Positions 1-9,628 of a stretch of 64,000 bases of DNA are shown piece after piece. This stretch comes from an uncultured Acidobacteriota bacterium. GTDB lineage: Bacteria; Acidobacteriota; Terriglobia; UBA7540. The notes under the pieces are model-generated. The model did no database searches. It worked only from the letters and a program-made list of their open reading frames with translations, and was not told the DNA's origin. The stretch covers positions 512,001-576,000 of the forward strand of contig CAWDSK010000003.1 in assembly GCA_963804995.1 (NCBI GenBank), given 5' to 3'. The translations under genes were made by a program, and so were the position numbers. Positions within the stretch are counted from its first letter, which is position 1. Each line of letters opens with the position of its first letter.

Positions 1-270
1 AATCGGTCTTCCAATCTAAAATCCAAAATTGCCGCCCCGTCGTGACACTCCCCCGCATCGGTTATCGGCAGATTGCGACGCGAACTTGAACCTAACTCGA
101 CGGCTCGAAAACCCACAATCACACCATCATTAAATTGTCCGCTCACCCAATGATTCAATGTCCCGATGAATCAATGACCCAATCCGCGCTGTGACACTTC
201 CCTGTATCGGCTATCGGTGGGATTAACGCCGAGGATGAGACAAATTGAGCGGCCCGCGACAAACGACTTG

Positions 271-345
271 ACCCCTCACCCGTCCCGCCCCGGCTCGTAA
301 AAACGCCGGCGGCGGTCCACCCTCTCCCCTCGGAGAGGGCTATGC
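271..345. repeat. REP-like hairpin element (CCCCTCACCC...CCCTCTCCCCTCGGAGAGGG)
   Basis: Near-identical copy at ~945-1019; related elements at ~13175-13270 and 40156-40400. Confidence 0.75.
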
Positions 346-592
346 TCTTTCACTCTGGTGGTGGTGAAACGGAGAATTAATGACCCGATGGCCGGACCGC
401 CCGATCACCCGATTGCCAGACCTCGCCGTGACACTCCCCCGCATCGGTTATCGGTGGGATCGGCGCCGAGGATGAGGCAATTTGAGCGGCGCGTTGGGCG
501 ACGGGGTGGTTATCCTCTCCGCCGCGTGGCTTGACGCCACTCTCAGCACCACCCAATTTGTTTTGTCAGCACCGCACCTGCATTCCCCGGTT

Positions 593-740
593 CAGCACCA
601 CCCCGGCGCTCGGCCCCGATGATCAATTTGGAAAAAACGCGCTATCGGGGCTCGGCGCGCCTCCCCTCCTCATCTGAGGCGGGGAGTTCTTTAAAGCTCC
701 CCTCCTGATTCCTGTGGCGCCGAAGGCGACGGGGTGGTTA
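593..740. repeat. Dispersed palindromic repeat (CAGCACCACCCCG...CTCCCCTCCTGATT...CGGGGTGGTTA), copy 1
   Basis: Homologous copies at 52311-52459 and 63688-63803. Confidence 0.8.
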
Positions 741-1506
741 CGCGAGCGCCTGGGGCGACAGAGTCGTTACCCGCGGCGAAGCTTTCTTCCGCGGGCGGTA
801 ACGCCCCCCTTCCCGTTCGTGGCGAGAAATAAGGACTGGCGCCATACTGACCTCACCGCCGCCGTGACACACTTCCCCGTATCGGTTATCGGTAGGATCG
901 ACGCCAAGGATGAGGCAAATGAGCGGCCCGTCACAAACGACTTGACCCCTCACCCGTCCCGCCCCGGCTCGTAAAAACGCCGGCGGCGGTCCACCCTCTC
1001 CCCTCGGAGAGGGCTATGATTTTTGGCCTTGTACTGATGAACCAATAGCCTCGTCCCCCCGCCCCCGCCGTGACACACTTCCCCACATCGGTTATCGGTC
1101 GGTTGGCACACGAACCTTAGCCTAAAATCGACTTCGCAAATCACAAATCTGCCGGGCCGCCACGCCAATCCAAAATCGGAAATCGAAAATCTAAAATTGC
1201 TTGCCCCCGCTGTGCCACACTCCCCCGCATCGGTTATCGGCAGGCTTATCACCGAACATGAGCCCCATTCGGCACGCCGGAAAATCGCCGACCGCCCAAT
1301 CACCAATCACAAATCGCAAATGACCCAATGATCCGATGGCCCGATCTCCGATTTCCCTCCCCCTTGCCAACCTTCTCCCGGGTACAGCTCAACGCCCATA
1401 GTATAATGATGGGTTTGAATTTCGACGGCGAGGGTGGCTCCTTCGGTGGTCCCAACAAAAAGAGAGAGGGCCAAAGCTCACTTCGTCGCCGCGCCTAAAT
1501 AATAAT

Positions 1507-3304
1507 ATGAGATTCTCTCGCCGCAACTTTCTCGGATCTTCGACCGTCGCCCTGGGTTCAGGCATCCTGGATTTCCTCACCACTCCGCTCTGGAGATGGC
1601 CGGGCGCTCCCCTTCTCCACGCGGCCACCGCGCCCGACCCCGACGCGTCCTCCCCCGTCACCTACGTGGATGTGGCCAAGGAAGCTGGCCTCAATGTGGA
1701 GAACGTCTGGGGGGGAGTGAAGCGCAAGAAGTACATTGTCGAAGCCAAGGGAAGTGGGGTGGCGTTCTTCGATTACGACCAGGACGGCTGGCTCAACGTC
1801 TACCTGACCAACGGCATTCGGATGCCGGGCGAAGAGCCCAATCCCGGCGGGCAGACTCCCACCCAGCATCTTTTCAAGAACAACCGCGACGGCACCTTTA
1901 CCGACGTCACGGAAAAAGCCGGCTTGACGCGCACCGGGTGGGGCACCGGCGTGGGCGTGGGCGACTACGATAATGACGGCTGGGACGATCTGTTTTGCTG
2001 CTACTGGGGGCACAACGTCCTATGGCACAACAACGGCGACGGCACCTTTACGGACGTCACCAAACAGGCCGGCCTGTGGGAGGAGCGCGTACGGTGGGGT
2101 ACCGGCTGCACCTGGCTGGATTATGATCGCGACGGGTACCTTGACCTCTTCGTCTGTAATTACATCGAGCTCAACATTCAAAAAGTTCCTACGCCCGGAC
2201 AGACCGGCTATTGCCAGTGGAAAGGAATCCCAGTGATGTGTGGTCCCCGCGGCTTGCCCGCCGGGATGAATATCCTCTACCACAATAACGGCAACGGGAC
2301 GTTCACGGACGTCTCGAAAAAGGCCGGCATCCTCAAGCCCGGCCCCCGCTACTCGATTACCGCCGTCTCCTACGATTTCGATAACGACGGCTGGCCCGAC
2401 ATCTACGTGGCCATCGATTCCGAACCGAGCATTCTCTTCCATAACAAGCACGACGGAACGTTTGAGGATATCGCCGTCATGGCCGGCTGCGCTTACAACG
2501 AGGACGGTCAGGAACAGGCCGGCATGGGCGTGGGCGTGGGAGATTACGACTGCGACGGGTGGCTCGAACATCTACAAAACCAATTTCTCTGACGATACGC
2601 CGGACCTCTATCACAACAACGGCGACGGCACGTTCACCGACGTGACCTTTGCCGCCGGCTTGGGCGTGAATACGCAATACGTGTGCTGGGGCGCCGGATT
2701 CATTGACTACGACAACGACGGGTGGAAGGACATTTTTCAGGTCAATGGTCACGTCTACCCCGAAATCGAGGAGTACCACCTGGACGTGCTGTTCCGAGCC
2801 CAACGCCTGGTCTATCGGAACCTCGGCAATGGGAAGTTCAAGGATGTTTCGAAAGATATGGGCCCCGGAGTGATGGAGAAATTTTCCAGCCGCGGCTGCG
2901 CCTTCGGCGACTACGATAACGATGGCGACATGGACGTGCTGGTCTTGAACATGAATGATTTCCCCTCGCTCCTGCGCAATGATGGGGGCAACAAACTGAA
3001 TTGGATCAGCCTCAAGTTGCTCGGGACAAAGTGCAACCGCACGGCCATCGGGGCGCGCGTGCGCGTTGTGACGGGAAAACACGCGCAGATCGACGAGGTG
3101 CACTCGGGAGGCAGCGTCATGTCGCAGAGCGATTTGCGGCTGCACTTTGGTCTGGGTCAGGCCACCCAGGCGGACGTGATCGAGGTGAAGTGGCCCACCA
3201 CCCAAAAGGTGGAGCGCTTCACCAATATCCCGGCCAATCACTTCCTAACGATTAAAGAAGGAGCAGGAATTATTAAGACAGAAAGTCCGCCAGCGAGCGT
3301 TTAG
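1507..3304 (+). CDS. CRTAC1/ASPIC-UnbV family protein (FG-GAP-like repeats, Tat signal), split by a +1 frameshift near 2568
   Basis: SRRNFLG Tat motif, repeated DYDNDGW.D motifs, C-terminal UnbV-like SQSDLRLHFGLG. Removing one A from TGGCTCGAACATCTAC joins both ORFs (WLDIYKTNFSDD). Confidence 0.85.
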
Positions 3305-3307
3305 GCT

Positions 3308-3380
3308 GTCCCAGAAGTTGCGCTCCGCGGGGCATAGCGGGCGTTGTCCCACCAAAAACCCCGGACGTGGGACAGGAAAT
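3308..3380. repeat. Dispersed repeat (GTCCCAGA..TCCGCGGGGCATAGCGGGCG..GTCCCAC..TGGGACA)
   Basis: Second copy at ~61806-61880. Confidence 0.7.
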
Positions 3381-3679
3381 TTACTCGGGTAGGAAATGCG
3401 GGCTCAGAACTTGCGCGGCGAAAATCCCCAGGTGCGTGGCTTCGGATTTGATCAATCACGCCCGGCGACCTTTGAAGTATTCCGTTGTCGAGAATCCCGG
3501 CAGAGGATTAAACTAACGCACAGCGTGCCCAAGTTCCGGTCGAGTCGGACTGCCGCCGACCCGCGAGCAGACTCAGCAGCGATGGCTCGGTTGAAGGGAT
3601 AGACATGAGAGGAGGCAGTCTGAAGACGCACGTGGAAAGGGGGAAACTGAGTGCCGCCTTCGTGCAAAGAAACTAGGAC

Positions 3680-6220
3680 GTGGCGAGGAGCATGTTGATC
3701 CAGCGGTATCGACGGGTTATCACCATTCTGGCTTTAGGAACTGCATTCCTTCTGGCGGGCTTGTGCTTTCCGAGCACCCTTCCCTCCACCCAAAATCTTC
3801 ATGGCGAGGTTTTGAATGAGAAGGACCTCCCTCTCACGGAAGCCGTTTGCACCCTCAGCGGTTCCCTGCTCCCTCAAGAAGGACTCACCGCCACGATGGA
3901 TCACAAAGGGCAGTTCCAGTTCCTGGACCTTGAGCCCGGCGAGTACACCTTGCTGTGTGCCGCCTCGGGTTACCAACCCTTGAGGCGCACGGTGGACGTG
4001 ACGGACACCGCCCTGCCCCTGTTCCAAATCGTGTTGCCGCCCGATGTGGTGATTCACCAGAGGGTGGAAGTCCACGAACAGGCTCCTGCCATTTCTACGG
4101 AACAGGCTGCACCCCCGACCCAATTGGGCACGCCCGAACTCAGGAACCTGCCGCTGGTGGAGCAGAAGTTCAAGGCCGCCCTGCCCTTCGTCCCGGGCGT
4201 GGTGCGCACGACAGATGGCAAGATCAACATCAAAGGCGTTCCTGAAACCCAAGGCATGCTACTGGTAAACTCCGCGGAGACCTCTGACCCCGTTACGGGT
4301 AGCTTTTCGATCGACGTTCCGGTGGTGGCCATCGATTCCTTGCAGGTCTACAAAAACACCTACAATGCCCAATACGGCGGATTCTCCGGGGGGCTTGCCA
4401 CGATTCATATCCGGCCGCCTGGCGACCGCTGGCATTTCGAATTCCAGAACGTCACTCCCAATCCTCGCATCAAGAACGGCACGCTGGTGGGAATCGCGGA
4501 CTTCAACCCGATCCTCTACGTCACGGGGCCCATCATCACCAACCGGCTGAGCTTCTCTGAGACGCTGGCTTACGACATTGATAAGAACCCGGTGCGCGGA
4601 TTGGCCTGGCCGAACAACGAGATCAAGATTCACGACTTTAGTTCGTTTACCGATCTCCAATACGTTTTTTCGCCGCGCCATTTGGCGTCAGCCTCCGTCA
4701 ATGTCTTCCCGTTGCGCCGCCAGTTCGCAGACATCAACTCCCTGGTCCCGCAAACCGCCTCTTCCGATTATGGTCAGAAAGGCTTCGCCGTAGGTTTTAT
4801 GGACCAGAACATGACCACAGCCGGCGGCATCTTCACGACGCTCCTTCACGCCATGGAGTTCGACAGCAACGCCCATGGGCAAGGAGCGCTCAACATGCTG
4901 GTCACGCCCAATGGTTGGGGCGGAAACTTTTTCAATACTTACCGGCGCTACAGCGATCAGGAACAGGGCCAGGAAACTTACAAATTCCCTCAGCGGCATT
5001 GGTTGGGGAAGCACGAATTGACGCTGGGCGGAAGCTTGTTACACCGTTCCTACAGCGGTAGCAGTAATTCGCGGCCCGTACTCATTCTCAGAGCCGATGG
5101 TACGCTGGCGGAGAGAATCGATTTCCTGGGACCGGGTTCGCTTTCGGCGGGGGATTTTGAGGGCGCCTTCTTTGTGGCGGACCACTGGGCGCCGAGCGAG
5201 CCGGTTTCTTTCGATATCGGTGTGCGGTATTCCGGCCAGTCGCTGGGTAGCCATGGGAATGTGGCGCCTCGGATGGGAGTTGCTTACTCCCCCGGCCGGG
5301 AGGGGAAAACTGTTTTGCGGGCAGGGGTAGGCCTGTTCTACGACCACAGTCAATTGCTGGCGGAGGACTTCACCTCCAACCCCACACGTTCTGTGAGCTT
5401 CTTTGATGAAGCGGGAACTCTCCAGGGGCCGCCCCTCGTTTACCAGAACGGATACGCGCATGTGGACGAGTCAGGTGTGCTTTCAACCTCGCAAAACCCG
5501 CTGGGCAGCGTGCCTCACAACTGGAGTTGGAGTCTCGAAGCCGACCGCGAGTTGACTCCCCGAGTGGTGCTGCGCCTGAGCTACATTTCCAGCCGCACTT
5601 ACAGCCAGTTCATCGTCAATCCCTTGACCCAGCTCCCTACCGGCCCCTCTTTGCTGCTCACCGATCAAGGCGCCTCGCGTTATCAAGAGTTCGAATCCAC
5701 GGTGCGTTATCGCCGGAGTGACTCATCCGAATGGAATTTCTCCTACGTCTACAGCCTGGCCCGCGGCGACCTGAATACCTTGGCTGAAATCTACGTGCCC
5801 TTCGAAGCACCCGTCATCCGCCCCGACGCTTACGCCAATCTACCCTCTGACACACCCCAGCGCATAGTGACCTGGGGACGTTTCAAAACCCATATCTGGG
5901 GAATCTCCGCCGACCCCCTGATTGACTTCCATTCGGGACTTCCTTACTCGCCCGTCGATGTGTTACAGAACTACGTCGGTCCGCCCAACAGCGCCCGCTT
6001 CCCGCACTTCTTCTCGCTCAACCTGAAATTGAGCAAGGAATTCCACCTCCCCCTGCCCTGGATCAAGAACCACGTGATGCGCGGCGCGCTCACCATCTTC
6101 AACGTAACCGACCACACCAATCCGCGTGACGTTTACAACAACACCGCTTCCCCGTTCTTCGACCATTTCGTAGGGAATCAACACCGCTTTTTTGATACCG
6201 CCTTGGATGTCATTTACTGA
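3680..6220 (+). CDS. TonB-dependent-receptor-like outer membrane protein with N-terminal carboxypeptidase regulatory-like domain
   Basis: 846 aa; signal peptide; GQFQFLDLEPGEYTL beta-sandwich; plug-like AQYGGFSGG; APRMGVAYSP..KTVLRAGVGLFYD barrel motif; C-terminal aromatic residue. Confidence 0.8.
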   Translation: MARSMLIQRYRRVITILALGTAFLLAGLCFPSTLPSTQNLHGEVLNEKDLPLTEAVCTLSGSLLPQEGLTATMDHKGQFQFLDLEPGEYTLLCAASGYQPLRRTVDVTDTALPLFQIVLPPDVVIHQRVEVHEQAPAISTEQAAPPTQLGTPELRNLPLVEQKFKAALPFVPGVVRTTDGKINIKGVPETQGMLLVNSAETSDPVTGSFSIDVPVVAIDSLQVYKNTYNAQYGGFSGGLATIHIRPPGDRWHFEFQNVTPNPRIKNGTLVGIADFNPILYVTGPIITNRLSFSETLAYDIDKNPVRGLAWPNNEIKIHDFSSFTDLQYVFSPRHLASASVNVFPLRRQFADINSLVPQTASSDYGQKGFAVGFMDQNMTTAGGIFTTLLHAMEFDSNAHGQGALNMLVTPNGWGGNFFNTYRRYSDQEQGQETYKFPQRHWLGKHELTLGGSLLHRSYSGSSNSRPVLILRADGTLAERIDFLGPGSLSAGDFEGAFFVADHWAPSEPVSFDIGVRYSGQSLGSHGNVAPRMGVAYSPGREGKTVLRAGVGLFYDHSQLLAEDFTSNPTRSVSFFDEAGTLQGPPLVYQNGYAHVDESGVLSTSQNPLGSVPHNWSWSLEADRELTPRVVLRLSYISSRTYSQFIVNPLTQLPTGPSLLLTDQGASRYQEFESTVRYRRSDSSEWNFSYVYSLARGDLNTLAEIYVPFEAPVIRPDAYANLPSDTPQRIVTWGRFKTHIWGISADPLIDFHSGLPYSPVDVLQNYVGPPNSARFPHFFSLNLKLSKEFHLPLPWIKNHVMRGALTIFNVTDHTNPRDVYNNTASPFFDHFVGNQHRFFDTALDVIY

Positions 6221-6239
6221 TCCCCGTCCCGGCCCGCAC

Positions 6240-6316
6240 GGTAGCACAGGCACTCCTGCCTGTGAATGCGGCTCAACAATTGAGCTTAACGACACAGCCA
6301 GGAGTGGCTGTCCCAC
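6240..6316. repeat. REP-like doublet (GTAGCACAGGCACTCCTGCCTGTG...CACAGCCAGGAGTGGCTGTCCCAC)
   Basis: Two inverted hairpins just after the stop codon; same family as the REP targeted by the IS. Confidence 0.7.
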
Positions 6317-6349
6317 TTTACTCGGACAATTTGCTGCCCCCTTTGCATT

Positions 6350-6420
6350 TTTGGGCTACCGGTAGCCCAAACCTTTATATTGCCTATTGACATAGCCCAG
6401 TCGATGTAGAGCACAATAGA
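6350..6420 (+). promoter_or_regulatory. 22-bp palindrome + TTGACA-N19-CACAATAGA promoter-like module, copy A
   Basis: TTTGGGCTACCGGTAGCCCAAA, 15 nt, TTGACA (6387), 19 nt, CACAAT (6412). Identical spacing at 29847-29917. Confidence 0.6.
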
Positions 6421-6573
6421 AGTGACGAGGGTTTAGCGCCCCGACGTATCCAGGCAGCCCTTTCCAGCGAAGAACCACAGACCCCTGGGGGGGCATGCCA
6501 TACCCTGAATGCTTGTTGCAGCTCGAAACCTATCTCTGTAGCACTAAGCGCCAATGTCTTCGAGTGCCGCGCA

Positions 6574-6731
6574 GAAAAGATTCACCACAGAGTGCCAGAG
6601 GTCACGGAGAGTAGACGGAGAAAAAATTGCGGGTTAACAACCCAGGAAGCGGGATCTCTACCCGCGCCATCAGAAGCGCTTTTCTCTGTGGTCTCTCTGT
6701 GGTCTCTGTGGCCTCTGGGGTGAATCTTTTC
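6574..6731. mobile_element. MITE-like inverted-repeat element
   Basis: Ends GAAAAGATTCACCACAGAG / CTCTGGGGTGAATCTTTTC (1 mismatch) with internal CTCTGTGGT repeats; related element at ~49050-49128. Confidence 0.55.
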
Positions 6732-6877
6732 TTCGCTGGCCTACGGAGATTGGGTGGCACGGGCTTCCAGCCCGTGACTGGAGTTTCTACATTTAGGTCT
6801 GGCAAAGTAAGATTTCTATTGACAGACCTCCCTGATTTCCGTTACCTTCCTCCTGAGTCCTGGCTCCGGAGGTTAAC

Positions 6878-7213
6878 TTGCCTGACGATCTCAAGGATTC
6901 CATTCTTTCGATATTCGAGGCCTCACTGGATGCCCAGTTGCGGGCGGTTCGCCGTCTCCGCGGCGGTTCCCCAGCCCCCGCCCCGAGGCCGCGCCGCACA
7001 GGTCTGTCCCAAGTGGACATGGCGTACGACATACTCAAGAAGGCCCGTACCCCCTTGCACATTTCCGAACTCCTGGCGCGCCTCCGCGCCGCCTTCTACG
7101 TCACCGTCGATCGCGAGAGCCTGGTCTCTTCGCTGACCAAAAAAGTCGCCCGCGGCGATCGCTTCCTGCGTACCGGGAAGAACACTTTCGGCTTACGTCC
7201 GGAGGCCCGATGA
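6878..7213 (+). CDS. Winged-helix (HARE-HTH-like) protein carried inside the IS
   Basis: GGAGG RBS, TTG start; AYDILKKARTPLHISELL...FLRTGKNTFGL pattern; ATGA overlap with the transposase. Confidence 0.7.
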   Translation: MPDDLKDSILSIFEASLDAQLRAVRRLRGGSPAPAPRPRRTGLSQVDMAYDILKKARTPLHISELLARLRAAFYVTVDRESLVSSLTKKVARGDRFLRTGKNTFGLRPEAR

Positions 7214-8589
7214 CTCTGTTCGCCGCCTGGTCGGAGATCGTGGCGGACTGGGCCCCCACTTTTCCCCAGCAGCGCACCCTGCAGCGCGCCGTGCGCCAGG
7301 CCCTGGGCGCCTTGGTCTGCGTGGGTCGACGCTGTCTTTCGCGTATCCTCTGGACCCAGGGCCGCCAGCAGCGCAGTTGGTCGAGCGAATACTTTCTCCA
7401 CTCGCGTTGTCACTGGGAACCGCAGACGTTGTTTGCCGGCGTCTGGCGCCGCGCCTTGCCCTATTGTCCCGGCCGCCTGGTGGGCGTGGCCGTCGACGAC
7501 ACCCGCCTGCGCAAGACCGGCCGCGCCATTCCCCAGGCGCGTTATCACCGCGATCCCCTCTCGCCCCCCTTTCATGTCAACCTCCTGCGCGGCGTGCGCT
7601 TTCTGCAAGCTTCCCTGCTGCTGCCCCTGCATCGGTACGCCCCCGCCAGCTGCCGCGCTCTGCCCGTGCGCTTTGAAGAGGCGGCGCCGCTGAAAAAGCC
7701 CTCCCGCAAGGCGAAAGAGGAAGCCTGGCAGGAATATAAAAGGATGCGCAAGCTCCACAACCTCTCGCAGCGTTTTGTGCAGAGCGTGGCCCCCTTGCGC
7801 CAGGCGCTGGATGCGGCCGGGGGTGGGGCCAAGCTGCTGGTGCTGGCTCTGGATGGCAGCTTCTGCAACCGCACCTGTCTGCGCGCCCCCCGCGATCGCA
7901 CCGAGTTGATCGCCCGCGCCCGCAAGGATGCGCGCCTCGGCTTTCGCGCTCCCCAGCCTTCTCGCCGCTTTTACGCCCTCTCCACCTTTACCCCCGAACA
8001 GGTCCGGCAGGACGAGTCCCACCTCTGGCAGCAAACCAAGCTCTTCTACGGAGGCAAGCGCCGCCGCCTCCGTTATAAAGAGGTGTCGCAAGTCTACTGG
8101 CGTCGGGGCGCCGGCCAGATCCCCCTGCGGCTCTTCGTCGTGGCTCCTACCCCCTATCGCAAACGGAAGAGCTCCAGACTCTACTACCGTCAACCGGCCT
8201 ACCTGCTGACCACCGACCTGCGGCACTCTGCCCCTCAGTTGCTGCAAATCTACTTCGACCGCTGGCAGATCGAAGTCAACCACCGCGACGAGAAGGAGAC
8301 GCTGGGTGTCGGACAAGCCCAGTTATGGAACGTTAACGCCGTGCCCAAGCAACCTGCCCTGGTCGTGGCCGCCTACAGCGCGCTGCTCCTGGCTTCTCTC
8401 CAAGCCTTCGGCACCGAGCGTGGCACGGCCTATCAGGCTCTGCCCCGGTGGCGACGCAAGGCCCACCGCCCTTCCTGCCTCGACCTCGTCACCCTGCTGC
8501 GCCAAGAAATGGTCGACCACCCGGAATGTCCCCAATCTCTGGGCTTCCAACTCACCGACCGCGCCCTCACCCACGCCGCTGATGCATAA
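7210..8589 (+). CDS. DDE transposase (IS4 superfamily / IS701-like)
   Basis: AVDDTRLRKTG, LALDGSF and YFDRWQIEVNHRDEK (Y-x2-R-x3-E-x6-K) motifs. Confidence 0.9.
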   Translation: MTLFAAWSEIVADWAPTFPQQRTLQRAVRQALGALVCVGRRCLSRILWTQGRQQRSWSSEYFLHSRCHWEPQTLFAGVWRRALPYCPGRLVGVAVDDTRLRKTGRAIPQARYHRDPLSPPFHVNLLRGVRFLQASLLLPLHRYAPASCRALPVRFEEAAPLKKPSRKAKEEAWQEYKRMRKLHNLSQRFVQSVAPLRQALDAAGGGAKLLVLALDGSFCNRTCLRAPRDRTELIARARKDARLGFRAPQPSRRFYALSTFTPEQVRQDESHLWQQTKLFYGGKRRRLRYKEVSQVYWRRGAGQIPLRLFVVAPTPYRKRKSSRLYYRQPAYLLTTDLRHSAPQLLQIYFDRWQIEVNHRDEKETLGVGQAQLWNVNAVPKQPALVVAAYSALLLASLQAFGTERGTAYQALPRWRRKAHRPSCLDLVTLLRQEMVDHPECPQSLGFQLTDRALTHAADA

Positions 8590-8679
8590 TAAATGTAGAA
8601 ACTCCAGGCACGGGCTTCCAGCCCGTGAAGGGTCACGGCCAGGATGGCCGTGCCACAAAATCTTCGCAGGTTCTTTATC

Positions 8680-8945
8680 AAGCGGCCCAGGGTGAGTCTG
8701 GCGGTACGGGAAGCGGTCCGACTGGATATGCTATTACCCCTCACGAACACGTCGACAAACGTCCGGAACGGGGCACAGATCGTAGAGATGTTAAAAATGA
8801 AGGTCGATCCGGGGATGTGTATGAAAACACAGGAGAGGGGACGATTTGTCAGGCTATTTTTCGATCTTTTTGCAGAAAATTCCGGAGTTTTGTGACAATG
8901 AACGGCAATCGATCGGGTTTGTTGGCCGAAAATACACGGATTACC
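8680..8945 (+). repeat. Dispersed non-coding repeat, copy A distal part
   Basis: Strongly similar to 30040-30297 (GATCGTAGAGATGTTAAAAATGAAGGTCGATCCGG.GATGTGTATGAAAACACAGGAGA...AAATTCCGGAGTTTTG). Confidence 0.85.
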
Positions 8946-9194
8946 CCATAAATCGGGGCGTACCAGCGCCGACCTTTAGAGCCTGCCCTGAGCACCGCGA
9001 AGGGTCGGCGGCACATGCTGAACTGAAGTTCAGCGCTACAAAAGGCCCCGGCTCTCCACGATGTGCCAGAAAGCAAAGAGGGTTAGCGGTGAAGTGGGAG
9101 AATCCGGCAAAAACCTATGTAGCTGAAACTAAGATAGTTAGGTAAATCTGTGTGGCCGCGTGGCGAAAAACGCGGGGGAAAAAATGAAGGTTTC

Positions 9195-9310
9195 CTCCAC
9201 GATGTTATTGAAAACAAATGGTGGAAAAATATCACTTTCGAGGCTCTCCACGATGTTATTGAAAAAACAGGAGTTATAGTCGTCTCTCCACTATGTTTAT
9301 GAAAAGAAAA
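9195..9310. repeat. Three direct repeats of CTCCAC(G/T)ATGTT(AT/TA)TGAAAA
   Basis: Copies at 9195, 9246 and 9286. Confidence 0.8.
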
Positions 9311-9628
9311 GGGGTTATTGAACATGGCGGGCAGGAGGATTGAAACATGCATCGATCCGTACACAGGCTCAATATCCCGCTACCTGGTTACTGTGACGAT
9401 GAATGGGAAGTGGCAGGCTGGAATTCTGGGCGAGCGTCTGGGCACTCAGAAACAATGTGCGTGCTTCGGGATGGGAATCGCCTGCACCGAAGATGCGTAT
9501 GCTGCACCCCTACCCTCGTGGCGAGGCGACTTGACGTCGCACGGGAATCAGACAATCATCGATTTGAGAAGAACTACATTATTTGGGCGTAAGCGCCTGA
9601 GACGCGATAATAGCACTGAGGAGCAAGG

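Larger units (their letters stand above)
38..1265 (-). repeat. Array of six ~55-bp units, GTG(A/C)CAC(AC)T(C/T)CCC..ATCGG(T/C)TATCGG-N16-pentamer, sigma-28-promoter-like on the minus strand
   Basis: Cores start at 42, 191, 428, 864, 1070 and 1212; (T/C)TATCGG at 62, 211, 448, 886, 1092 and 1234. A fixed 16-nt variable spacer precedes CTTGA/GATGA/GATGA/GATGA/CCTTA/CATGA. Confidence 0.85.
6778..8607 (+). mobile_element. Insertion sequence (1830 bp), IS4/IS701-like DDE, inserted in a REP hairpin
   Basis: Perfect 18-bp TIRs CTGGAGTTTCTACATTTA (6778-6795 / 8590-8607); flanking 21-bp direct repeat GCACGGGCTTCCAGCCCGTGA (6757-6777, 8608-8628). Confidence 0.92.

Noticed and set aside
38..1265. CRISPR array interpretation of the six repeats
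   Set aside because: Repeats are degenerate, spacing is 142-436 bp and irregular, and no cas genes are in the window.
9195..9310. Mini-CRISPR
   Set aside because: Only three degenerate ~20-bp units with unequal spacers.
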